Below, one piece after another: positions 36,466-48,053 of a DNA stretch of 48,217 nucleotides. The notes under the pieces were generated by a model, which searched no databases, was not told the DNA's origin, and was given only the letters and a program-made list of their open reading frames with translations. Source of the DNA: Octopus bimaculoides (lineage: Eukaryota); the NCBI RefSeq assembly GCF_001194135.2, contig NC_068983.1:90843995-90892211 (forward strand). The letters run 5' to 3'. Position 1 is the stretch's first letter, and the number at the start of each line of letters is the position of its first letter. The position numbers were made by a program, and so were the translations under genes.

Positions 36466-37710
36466 CAGGTCATCCCATAAGTTCTGTCCGATTTTACCTT
36501 TTTTTAAAATTGAATGAAATTTAATTGTATTTTAGAATGTCTAATGGAATTAAATATTATTTTACACAATAATAGAATTAAAATTTGTTTGATTAAAACC
36601 CTTTCTAACATGGAAGTATCCAAAGAGCATTTAGAGGCACATAATGCTTTATGAGTACAAAAAAGGAAACTCTGCAGCCGAAACGGCTTGAAACATACAC
36701 TCAGTTTATGGGAAAGAATGCTTGAATGAAAGAACTTGCAGAAGATGGTTTGAAAAATTCAGAAGTGGAGATTTCAGCCTTGAAGATGAAGATCGAACTA
36801 GACGTCCAGTTGAGTTTGATAAGCTCCTAGAGGCCTTACTTGAAGAAAATGCTGCATTATCAGTTGAAGAATTGGCAATAAAGCTTAGATCAAGCCATAC
36901 AACTGTTCATCGTCATCTTCAACAACTTGGAAAGGTTCCTAAACTTGGAAAATGGGTGCCTCATGAATTGTCCGAAAACAACTGCAAATCCTGAGTTGAC
37001 ATCTGCTCTTCTCTCCATTCTCACAAACTCATTTCACCCTTTTTGGATAGACTTGTGACTAGTGATGGAAAATGGCTCTTCTATCGAAATGTTAAACATT
37101 GTAAATAGTGGCTTGTTAAAAGGGAAAAAGCTCAAACACAATCGAGAAGGGAACTTCATTGGAAAAAGGTTCTTCTCTCTATCTTGTGGAATTGCAAAGG
37201 AGTAATTCTCTTTGAATTGTTACCACTTAATGCAACAATCAATGCTCAAGTGTATTGTCAGCAATTAGAGCGTTTGAACCAAACTTTGAAGGAAAAAAGA
37301 CCCGCTTTAGTGAATCGAAAAGGAGTGATGTTTCATCAGGACAATGCGCGACCCCACACTGCAAAGATCACATCACAGAAGATCAAAGAGCTTGGTTGGG
37401 AAAAAATTCCTCATCCACCTTTTTCTCCCGACCTTGTTCCTTCAGACTACCATTTGTTTCATGGATTAAAGAATCATTTGGGGGACGTAACTTTCGCAAG
37501 CCAGGAGGAGGTTGAAATTGACATTTCAGAGTTCTTCGCTTTGAAACCAAAAGAGTTTTACATTGATGAGATTAAAAAGCTTGTAAATAGATGGAAGGAA
37601 GTCATAGATAATCAGGGAAAGTACGTTGATGATTAAATTTCAATTAAATATAGCGTTTGATCACTTCTTTTCTTTATTCAAAATTCAGACAGAACTTATG
37701 GGATGACCTG
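36466..37710 (+). mobile_element. Complete mariner (DD34D) element, 1245 bp
   Basis: 26-bp TIRs CAGGTCATCCCATAAGTTCTGTCCGA (36466-36491) and TCAGACAGAACTTATGGGATGACCTG (37685-37710), 25/26 identical. Inserted at the host TA in ctgccatg-TA-gcatagc. Confidence 0.95.
36610..37636 (+). pseudogene. Mariner transposase pseudogene
   Basis: ATG 36610 MEVSKEHL; motifs WVPHEL, LVTSDGKW, HQDNARPH and HPPFSPDLVPSDY (34 aa between D2 and D3). One frameshift near the start and three premature stops. Confidence 0.92.
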
Positions 37711-38308
37711 TTAGCATAGCTATTTGCACACAGACATCTTACTGTCTGCCTTTCACTCTGAGGGAGAGGCCCTTTGTTATCAACAGAGGTAGGAACACTC
37801 TGAACTTTGCCCATCCTATTCTTATTTTCGCAGCTACACTCTCAGAGCATCTACCTCCACTACTGACTTGGTCACCCAGGTAACAGAAGCTATCAACTAT
37901 CTCTAGCTTACCCACCTGGCATTTGGTAGAGTTTATTTTCTGTACATTTGTAGTGTTAATTGTACCTGTGCACCTTCCACACACACAAACTATTTTCCTT
38001 GTTAATGTTCCTCTGATATTGCTGCACCTTTTATGTGTCCAAAGCTTACACCGAGTATTCTTTGGAGTTTCTACCTTTGCCTTTTCTACAGATCAAATAG
38101 GGCCATCCACCTGGAGGGATTTGTGATTTGTATGCCTTTCTACTTATTAAGCCTTTGGTTTTTGTTAAGTTAACTCTAAGGCCCTTTGATTCTTGACCTA
38201 GATTCTGCATCTGAAATTTTTTCTATATTTCTGGCAGTGGTTTGGCTATGAGAAGAAAGTCATCAGCATAGAGGCGCTCTCAGGGGCAGCCCATCTTAAA
38301 CTACTCTG

Positions 38309-38604
38309 CTGTTGTAGTAAAGATTGTTTGCCAACATAACATGGCAGCCCTGGTTTAGGACGAATGTTGCTGTAATTTAGCCCCAGGAGACATTGTCTCC
38401 AGCTGGCTATACGGTACAATCTGTGTCCTTATATTTTTGAACTAGCACCCCCACTCAGCTCAAAATAATATCTGTGTATCACGATTTCCGGGTTATTTCC
38501 CTTCATCAGCACAGAATAATTGTTTGGCTAGAGGTGGCGCTGCCAATCTTTACTACAAAGTACTGTTGCTGAATATCTCTCGTTGTGGGATTTAAAAATA
38601 ATAA
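38309..38604 (-). mobile_element. 296-bp non-autonomous hammerhead-containing element (retrozyme-like or solo PLE terminal repeat)
   Basis: Flanked by a 7-bp direct repeat TACTCTG (38302-38308, 38605-38611) inside an RTE RT region. Has a perfect 15-bp internal inverted repeat (38312-38326 / 38544-38558), no ORF, and a hammerhead at 38471-38515. Confidence 0.75.
38471..38515 (-). ncRNA. Minimal type-I hammerhead ribozyme
   Basis: Minus strand: TCTGTG-CTGATGA-A-GGG-AAATAA-CCC-G-GAAA-T-CGTG-A-TA^CACAGA. Six-bp stem I, intact CUGAUGA and GAAA core, near-palindromic stem III ATCGTGAT, AUA cleavage triplet. An A/G mismatch flanks stem II. Confidence 0.75.
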
Positions 38605-40445
38605 TACTCTGTTATTGCCTGGAGGACTATGATGAACAGGAGGGTGCTGAGGACTGATACTTGGTGAAGCCCTACTCTGAATTCATCGCTATACCTGTTG
38701 CCAACCCTCACCTTGTAGACAGCATCTCTGTATATGGCTTGTACCGCTCTCACCAACTACTTGTCTATCCCTAGTGTTTGCATTGACCACCAGATAAGGG
38801 AGCAAGGGACTTTGTCAAAGGCTTTCTCCATATCAACAAAAGCCAGATACAAAGGTCTTTCTTTAACTAGGTACTTCTCCTGCAGCTGTCTTACCAGAAA
38901 TATAGCATCAGTGGTGCTTCTCCCTGGCACATAACTAAATTGTATCTCATCTAGACTAACTCTCATCCTAATTAGTTGGGTTATATCCCTCTCCATAACA
39001 TTCATCACTTGATCTAACAGTTTGATGCCCCTGTAATTATTTCTGTTCAAGTTATTACCTTTGCTTTTGTAACAGTTGATTATGATGCTGCTACACCAGT
39101 CATTGGGTATGACTCCCTCATGTCCAACCTGATTTACTATATGCGTAACCAATCCATAGCCCCACACCGCCAGATATTTAAGCATCTCAGTGATTCCTGA
39201 TGGGCCGGGAGGCTTTCCTGGTCTTCTCATCCATCATGGCTTTAACTACCATGCTATTGTCTATTCGGATTGCTGGTCCCTTTGTCGGATCCACTTTAGG
39301 CAGACTCTCCTTCTCCCATGTGTTCTCTACATTTAGTAGCTTTTCATAATAGCACTTCCAAGCCTCTTTCTTTGCAGAGTCACTAACCGCAAGTGAACCA
39401 TCACCCATGCAAACACACTTCTCTCCCACATCACAATTTTCTCTAGTATACTGTCTTGCAATCCAAAACACTTCAAGTCTCTAGTCCTCATGCTGTAAAG
39501 TATTGACAAACTTCTCCCTTTCTACTTCACTCCTGGTTAAGCATACCTGCTTCCAAGCTTCCCTTCTAGCTGCATGATAAAATTCCTTGCTACCACCACC
39601 CTTCCAGTCCTTCCAAGCCTGTTTTTTTGCTCTAATGGCCTGGGTAGGACTTTGCACCAGCCACAAATTTGGTCTGCAGCACTCCACAAGTTGTACTTAG
39701 GAACTTCCACTTATCCTCTGTGCTACAAGCATGTAACTCCTCCTCTTTCTTATCATATGCTTCATTTAGGATGTTTCTAAATCTCTGACTAATCAAAAGA
39801 TCCTTAAGCTTTCATACCCTTTTCCAAACTAGCTTGCTTCTTGGAATCTTATGAGCCAGTAGTTTGAAGTCCCCGAGTAACCCATGTTGTGAGGTACATT
39901 CTTCTCTAGGAAAGGCCTTTGCATTTATAAGCAGCCACGAATCCTACTTTCTTGTGAGGATGTCGTGAGTCTGGCTAGCATGGTTATTGGATTTATAGGT
40001 TATCAAGTGACTGACTGGTTTTCTGAAGTTAGTGTTGCAGATCATTAGGTCATTTGTCACAGAACTCCAGCATTCTTATACCCTCCGCATTTCAATAACC
40101 AGTTGCATGTCCAACATGCACCCCATGCATGTGTGTACACACACACACACACTCACCATTCCTAAAAGAGCTTCTAACTTTCTTCAGTGTATGTGGGAAA
40201 CCCCAAATTATTTTATTTTCCTCCTTCTATGTAATAATGCATTCCAGTTGTAATCGGTTCAAAGGAAAAAGTAAACAAAATAAACAGTTTTTCAATTCTT
40301 ACTATATTTGGGTGTAAATTCACTTTTTTCTTTATTGCTATTGGAGGTGATCAGAATTGTTTCACATTTGGAGAAATATCTGATTCACACAAATTTATAT
40401 GTGTGTCTATATATATAAATACACACACACACATATATATATATA

Positions 40446-40855
40446 GGCGCAGGAATGGCTGTGTGGTAAGTAGCTTGCTTACCAACCACATGGTTCTGGG
40501 TTCAGTCCCATTGTGTGGCATCTTGGGTAAGTGTCTTCTACTAAAGCCTTGGGCCAACTAAAGCCTTGTGAGTTTGGTAGATGAAAACTGAAAGAAGCCC
40601 AGTGTGTGTGTATATATATATATATACATGTGTGTGTGTTTGTGTATGTATATGTTTGTGTGTCTGTTTGTCACCCCAACATCACTTGACAACTGATGCT
40701 GGTGTGTTTACGTCCCCGTAACTTAGCAGTTTAGCATAAGAGACCGTTAGAATAAGTACTAGACTTACAAAGAATAAGTTGGGCGGTTGATTTGCTCAAT
40801 TAAAGGTGATGCTCCAGCATAGCCACAGGCAAATGACTGAAACGAATACAAGAAT
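40446..40855 (+). mobile_element. Full-length tRNA-derived SINE with internal microsatellite
   Basis: ggcgcaggaatggctgtgtggtaagtagcttgcttaccaaccacatgg...(TG/TA)n...cttgacaactgatgctggtgtgtttacg...atgactgaaac. Confidence 0.88.
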
Positions 40856-40859
40856 ATAT

Positions 40860-40940
<81 letters not shown>

Positions 40941-41019
40941 GTATTAGCTCTTTCAGTAATCACTCTCAGGAATTTAGTTAGAAATATTTTCACTTAGATT
41001 TTCTAGATTATCTGCCAAT

Positions 41020-42400
41020 GTTGATATCTTTAATGAAAAAGCCGAATTTTATAACTTTGCTTTACTTAAAGTAGGCTATAAAGAAAAAATTACCAATATT
41101 AACCCTATTGACATTAATTCTACCTCTATTAATCAGGACATGAAATCAAGTTATAATGATATTAACAATATAAATTTTAGTTCGAATAACAACACTAAAT
41201 CGATTAATGTAATTCTGCATCACCTTTTTTCATTATAAAGGTACATCAACGACTTTTAAAGATAATTACCCTAATAACAAGGTATGTGCTAGCAAAACTG
41301 TTTGGTTGATAATTCCACATGGTAAGCAGATCAAATCCAACCTCCCTTACCAGTTTTGAGAAGGTATAGATAAGAATTTTCCCCAAAATCCAAGATACTA
41401 TTTGATTATTAATTCACACCAAATCAGGAATGGATTTTCAAACACTAAAAACCTTTCACAAATCATCTCTTCGCATAATAATAAGTTGTTAAAAACAAAT
41501 CCACTTAATGAAAATAATAACATTGATATTACTAAAATTAACCATTCTTTAATGGTTAACAATATTAGTATTTCTGATATAAATTCCAATTGCATTCATT
41601 TCCTTTGCAGTAATTCTAAGACTAGACACTCTATTTATCAATGTAAAATTACTTCCGGTTCTGACAGCTCTTTTTATATAGGTAGTTCTTCATTTCAGTT
41701 ATCCAAAAGAACATCTAATCATTACTCTACATTTAGACATATCAATAAATGTAACAATACTGGGCTTAGTAAATTAATTTGGTCTCTAAAGGAACATGAT
41801 AAACAGTTTGATTTGGAATGGAATATCCAAATCATTTCCGTATGATAAAGGTAAATCTTTTTGTTCACTCTGTAACGATGAATTGTATTTCATCCTGTTC
41901 TCAGAGAATCCTCTTGTAAGCCCATTTAAAGAACACATTTATTGTTGCAAACATTGGTAAAAGCATACCTTTAGTTCCTATAAGTGATTTCTACCAGTCT
42001 ATATAATTTGACCTTTAATTGCCTTCCTACATTTCACTTCCACTAAATATATGTATTTTCATGCCTTTAACTTTTATTCCTATTCACCTGTCGCACTATA
42101 TTTCTCCATTTTTAATTTTCTGCTAATTTCTTTCTTTAAATTGCCTTTGACGTTATATATATTAATGGTTTTTTAAAAAAATAACGTACCAGCATTCCCT
42201 TCATCATATATGCAATAATCACATTTGGGTAAAATGTCTTATTGATTTGCGTTTCTCTTTTTTTCTCTGATGAGAAGATTGCATTGTTTTCTATCATTTT
42301 ATTCCTTCTGGAATAATACCAATGTATTCTTCAAAACATATGTCGGAATTATAAAGATTTGATTAACACCTGTGTTTAACTCCATTTATTTCTTTATCTA
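41020..42400 (+). mobile_element. Penelope-like element (Naiad-like), 3' part: linker, GIY-YIG and terminal repeat with hammerhead
   Basis: ORF 41402-41845: NTKNLSQIISSHN...SIYQCKITSGSDSSFYIGSSSFQLSKRTSNHYSTF...TGLSKLIWSLKE; then shifted PYDKGKSFCSLC. Hammerhead lies ~290 nt past the ORF end. Confidence 0.82.
42263..42348 (+). ncRNA. Type-I hammerhead ribozyme, G12A variant (probably inactive)
   Basis: TTCT-CTGATGA(42267)-GAAGATTGCATTG...CAATGTATTCTTC (long stem II, inner TATTCC/GGAATA hairpin)-AAAAC(42333)-ATAT-GTC^GGAA. Stem I is TTCT/GGAA and the stem III loop is palindromic. Confidence 0.72.
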
Positions 42401-42417
42401 ATATATATTTATATATA

Positions 42418-45400
42418 TCATCATCATCGTTTAATGTCCGCTTTCCATGCTGGCATGGGTTGGACGGTTTGATCGGGGACTGGCAAGCCAGATGGCTGCA
42501 CCAGACTCCAATCTGATCTGGAAGAATTTCTACAGCTGGATGCCCTTCATAATGCCAACCATTCTGAGGGTGTAGTGGGTGCTTTTACATGCCACCAGCA
42601 TGAGGGCCAGTCAGGCGGTACTGGCAACGGTCACGCTCAAATGGTGTTTTTTATGTGTCACCTGCACAGGAGCCAGTCCAGCAGCACTGGCAATGGCCTC
42701 TCTCAAATGTTGCTTTACACATGCCACTGGCACAAGTGCCAGGGAGGCGATGCTCCTAGCGATAACGCTTGGATGGTGCTTTTTACATGCCACTGGCACG
42801 AGGGCCAGTCGGCAGCCATGGCAACGATCACGCTCGGATGGTGCTCTTAGCACACTACTAGCACGGATGCCAGTCATGCGGTGCTGTCATCATATTTGAT
42901 TTCGATTTCACTTGCCTCAACAGGTCTTCACAAGCAGAGTTTAGTGTCCAATGAAAGAAAGGTACGTATAAGTGGGCTGGTTACACCAGTGGCATAGGCC
43001 ACAAGTTATGGTCTCACTTGGCTTCCCGGGTCTTCTCAAGCACAGAATATTTCTAAAGGGTTAGGTATAGTCATTGCCTCAGTGAGGCCAAGTTTTCGAA
43101 GGTCGTGCTTCACCACCTCATCCCAGGTCTTCCGGGTCTACCTCTTCCACAGGTTCCCTCAACCGCTAGGGTGTGACACTTTTTCACACAGCTATCCTCA
43201 TCCATTCTCGCTACATACCAGCGCAGTCGTCTCTCTTGCATACCACATCTGATGCTTCTTAGGTCCAACTTTTCTCTCAAGGCACTTACATTCTGTCAAG
43301 TATGCACACTGACATTACACATCCAACGGAGCATACTGGCTTTGTTCCTTGCAAGCTTACGCATGTCCTCAGCAGTCACAGCCCATGTTTCACTGCCATG
43401 TAGTATGGATGTTCATACACACACGTCATCCAGTCTACCTTTTACTCTGAGCGAGAAGCCCTTTGTCATCAGCAGAGGTAGAAGCTCTCTGAACTTTGCC
43501 CAGGCTATCCTTATTCTAGTAGCTACACTTTCAGAGCACCCACACCCGCTACTGACTTGGTCAGCTAGGTAACGGAAGCTATCAACTACTTCTAGTTTTT
43601 TTCCCTGGAATGTGGCAGAAGTTGTTCTCTACACATTTTCAGTATTTATTGCTCCTGAGCGTTTGCTACATACAAAAACTATCTTTCCAGTTGGCCTTCC
43701 TTTGATATTGCTGCACCTCTTAAGTGTCCATAGCTTACACTGGGTACATCTTATAGAGTTTCTACCTACGCTTTTTCTACAGATCCAGCAGGGCCATCTA
43801 CCTGAAGGGTTTTGTGGTTTGTCTGCCTTCCTACTCATTAGGACTTTGGTTTTAGCTAGATTGACGCTAAAGCCCTTCGATTCTAGTCCTTGCTTCCACA
43901 CCTGAAACTTCACCTCTAGTTCTGATAGTGACTCAGCAATTAGAGCAAGGTCATCAACATAGAGGAGCTCCCAGGAGCATCCTGTCTTGAATTTCTGTGT
44001 TATTGCCTGGAGGACTATGATAAATAGGAGGGGGCTGAAGACTGAACCTTGGTGGACCCCCTACCTCTACCTGGAATTCTTCACTGTACTCATTGGCAAC
44101 CCTCACCTTACTGACAGTACATGGCTCGTACAGCTCTCACTAACCGTTCTACTATCCCTAGTTTCCTCATTGACCACCAGATAAGGGATCGGGGGACCCT
44201 TTCAAAGTTTTTTTCCATGTCAACGAAAGCCAGGTACAGAGGTTTATCTTTGGCTAGGTATTTCTCCTGCAGCTGTCTTACCAGAAATATAGCATCAATG
44301 GTGCTTTTCCCTGGCACGAACCCAAACTGCATCTCTCCCTAATTAGTTGGGCTATGACCCTCTCCGTGACTTTCATTACCTGATCTAACAACTTGATACC
44401 TCTGTAATTATTTGTATCTAAAGCGTCACCTTTACCTTTGTAGCAGTTGACTATGGTGCTGCTACACCAGTCATTGGGTATGACTCCTACGTGTATCACC
44501 TGGTTAACACTATGGGTGACTAGGCTATAGCTGACACTGCCATATATTTCGAGGATCTCTGCAGTGATTCCTGATGGGCCGGGGGCTTTCCCTGTCTTCA
44601 TACTTATAATTGCTTTATCTACCATGGTACTGTCAATTCGGATAGCTGGTCTTTTAGTTGGGTCGACATTTTACAGACTCTCTTTCTCTCATTCATACTC
44701 TTTATTGCGCAACCTTTCATAGTGGCGTCTCCAAATCTCTCTCTTTGCAGCCTCATTTAGTGCAAGTGAACCATCATCCATGCGGACACATTTCTCTCCT
44801 ACAACATCACGATTCTCTCTCACACACTGTCTTGCAACACAAAATACTTCAAGTCTTTGGTCCTCACAGCGCAGAACATTGGCAAATTTTTTCTTATCTG
44901 CCTCCCCTCTGGCTAAATAAACCTGCCTCCTAGCTTCCCTTCTGGCAGTCTGATACAATTCCCTGCTACCACCATTTTTCCAGTCCTTCCAACCCTGTTT
45001 CTCTTGTCTAATAGCCCTGTCAACCACATTGTTCCACTACCACATTACCTTGGGTCAAGAGGGGATTTTGCACCATCCACAGATCTGGTCAGTGGCTCTC
45101 AGCAGGTTGTCCTGTAGAAACCTACAATCGTCTTCCACGTTGTGTGATGCTATATCCCCTTCTATTTCGTGAAATGCTTCGAGTAAGACATTTCTAAATC
45201 TCTGTCCATTTACAGGATCTCTAAGCTTCCAAACCCTTCTCCTCCATGCTGGTTGTCTTCTGGACATCCATGATCCTGAAGTCGCTAACTACTAGTCTAT
45301 GTTGAAGATACATTCTTTGCTTGGGAAGATTTTGGCATTTATAAGCAGCGATCAATCCGTTTTTCTGGCGAAGATGTATTCAATTTGGCTAGTGTGTCTT

Positions 45401-46030
45401 CCAGAACGGTAGGTGACTAGGTGACAGGCAGGTTTCCTGAAGTTAGTATTGCAAACCATAAGTTCATTTGCATCGCAGAACTCCAGCAATCTGGTTCCCT
45501 CCTCATTGCGGGAACCAAGACCATAGCCTCCTTGTACACCATGGAAGCCCTGTGAATGTTGTCCAACATGTCCATTGAAGTCACCAGCCACAAAGAGAAG
45601 GTCCCTGTCATTCTTCAATGAGGTAGTCTGCAAGAGGGTGTCATAAAATCTGTCTTTCTGCCCATCAGGTAGCCCCAGTTGAGGGGCATAGGCCGAGATA
45701 AATGGTTGCTAACCCATGATGAAGCACTAATCTAATCTTAAGTATTCTGTCGCATACTCTGACTGCCTCAATTACCTTATCAACCCATTTCTCCACAAGA
45801 AGTATGCCCATGCCTCCAACCCTGTCAGTGTTCCCTGCCGAGAAAATCTTGTACCTGTGTTCTTTGCCTGTGAGGAACCTCTTCTCCACCTTACTTCTTG
45901 GAGACATCACCGTTCAAGTATCTCAACAATCTCACCAGACCTACCTTTCAGTGTGCCAACTCTGACGGTGTGGGAGGTGTTGGCCCATGAGACCCTGGGA
46001 CGGGGGACAGCAGCGTTATGTACCTGAAAA
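42418..46030 (-). mobile_element. Near-full-length RTE LINE (~3.6 kb), inactivated
   Basis: From the 5' end: APE domain (LQEVRW...AYAPQ...VAGDFNGHVG...GSRNEEGTRLLEFC...SQIEYIF), linker, RT (NYRGIKLL, QFGFVPGKS, YVDD), ORF end ~43015, 3' UTR minisatellite and (GAT)n tail at 42418. Multiple frameshifts. Confidence 0.95.
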
Positions 46031-46862
46031 GAAAGCTCACATTTGGCAGAATTCATAAACAGTGGCCTTCAACCTGCATACACTACACCATCATTTTTGG
46101 AAGAGGGGGGAAGTGTTGGTGAATCAAGTTGTAAATCGAAAGAGAGAGAGAGAGACAGTGAGGCAGAGAGAGAGGAGGAGCCAGAGTTAGGGTGGTCAGG
46201 CATAGAACACGAGGGAGAAATATATATATATATATATATTTATGTATAAATATTATCTTGGTTGAAAGACTTCGATAATGCAAAAATCTCACAGAAACTG
46301 GGATATTATACCTGGTTAAGGGGTAGAAATTCCATGTTAAAGTGATGTATTTGNNNNNNNNNNNNNNNNNNNNNNNNNNNNNNNNNNNNNNNNNNNNNNN
46401 NNNNNNNNNNNNNNNNNNNNNNNNNNNNNNNNNNNNNNNNNNNNNNNNNNNNNNNNNNNNNNNNNNNNNNNNNNNNNNNNNNNNNNNNNNNNNNNNNNNN
46501 NNNNNNNNNNNNNNNNNNNNNNNNNNNNNNNNNNNNNNNNNNNNNNNNNNNNNNNNNNNNNNNNNNNNNNNNNNNNNNNNNNNNNNNNNNNNNNNNNNNN
46601 NNNNNNNNNNNNNNNNNNNNNNNNNNNNNNNNNNNNNNNNNNNNNNNNNNNNNNNNNNNNNNNAAACTGAGGGTGAGAGGGTGCCAGAGTTAGGGTGGTC
46701 AGGCATAGAACACGAGGGAGAAATATATATATATATATATATTTATGTATAAATATTATCTTGGTTGAAAGACTTCGATAATGCAAAAATCTCACAGAAA
46801 CTGGGATATTATACCTGGTTAAGGGGTAGAAATTCCATGTTAAAGTGATGTATTTGGGGTTG

Positions 46863-47017
46863 ATAATAATAAATGGAGCAAAACACATATGATCAATAAG
46901 TTCCTTTAATTCCTACACATGTTTCAAAAATTATATGCACTCTACTCCAAAGGAATAAGAGATGCTGGAATTAAAGGAACTTATTGATTATATGCGTTTT
47001 GCTCCATTTATTATTAT
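46863..47017. repeat. 51-bp inverted repeat with 53-nt spacer; PLE terminal-repeat derivative
   Basis: Arms 46863-46913 and 46967-47017 are 49/51 complementary. The minus strand reads ...ttattcctttgga...GAAAC-ATGT-GTA-ggaattaaagg...tgtgttttgctccatttatt, homologous to 42298-42390. Confidence 0.85.
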
Positions 47018-47019
47018 TC

Positions 47020-47050
<31 letters not shown>

Positions 47051-48053
47051 TGCGTGTGTGTGTGTATATATATATTATTTGTATTATTGTTTGATTGAAT
47101 GCCATGTATCCATTTCCAAGTAAGTTTATCTTAATCTTTTTGATGCAACTCTACTCTATACTGTTTTCTCTCTCATCCTTTTCTCTAATTCCCTTTTTCT
47201 CCCCTTCACCGTTTTCTCTCTCTCTCTCTCTCCCTCTTTTTACTTTTCTCTCACATGTGACCATGAGCCATCTTTCTTTTCCACATGTGATCATCTTTCT
47301 TTTCTTTCATGACTGTCCTAAGGACTAGATGTATCCTATCTCTCTCTTCTATCTTTTCTCTTGTCAAAGGAAATATTTCTCCAGCGTTGGCTATTTTACC
47401 CTCATTCTGATGTAACAACCCTCCATGTTTGTTTTCGTTCGGTTTCCTTGTATGTCTCCACTGTCCTGTTTCTGTTCCCAACTTTGACCCTCCATAAATC
47501 TCAAATTTTATTTTGATACTTATGGGAGCAACTGTCTTCAAAGACTCATATTGTCGTTCAGTGCTCAAAAGGCGGAGTAGATAGGCAGCTGACAACTGAT
47601 GAAGGGTTGTTTTTTGTGTTACTTGTCCCGTTTTCCATTTCTTTCTCTCATTGTTTGCATATTGAACTCATTTGTTTTTGTATTTCATATTCTTTGCTGT
47701 TGCTGACATCCTGTACCCATATGTGTGTGTGTGTGTGTGCACATATGTATATGTATGAGATTGGTTGAAGTGGAACTGAATAATGGTTTTGCTGCGAAGT
47801 ATTAAATCAGAATTATCAGTTATTTATGTTCTGTACGAAAGCTTTTTTCACCCCTAGATATTTATATTTGTATATAAATTCATTAGTTACTATAATTTAT
47901 TAGTTTCTTTTGCATATTCTTAGTTTATGTATGTGTATGCAAATATAGTATTGGTATATCCCATTTATGTTCATTAGAAATTAAATAAATAAAGAATTTT
48001 GACATGTACGAATATTTATTTCCCCCCACTGTATATATATATATATATATACA

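Larger units (their letters stand above)
35615..40120 (-). mobile_element. RTE LINE interrupted by a mariner (36466-37710) and a 296-bp mini-element (38309-38604)
   Basis: Tail atcatcgtcatcat at 35615; 3' UTR repeats 35780-36060; ORF end 36067-36288; RT continues 37711-38300 and 38612-39300; linker and endonuclease to ~40120. Host sequence is collinear across both insertions. Confidence 0.9.

Noticed and set aside
46180-46856. 174-bp exact direct repeat (46180-46353 and 46683-46856)
   Set aside because: The two copies flank an N gap and are essentially identical, typical of unmerged contig overlap rather than an LTR or real duplication.
47590-47640. CTGATGAAGG motifs at 47597 (+) and 16281-16290 (-) as hammerheads
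   Set aside because: Only the CUGAUGA half is present, with no GAAA or stem III. The two loci appear to be a shared unclassified repeat ending ctgaYRtcctgtaccc.
47990-48033. Tc1-like right TIR (aatatttattTCCCCCCACTG|TA)
   Set aside because: No matching left TIR or transposase was found nearby, so it is too little to annotate as an element.
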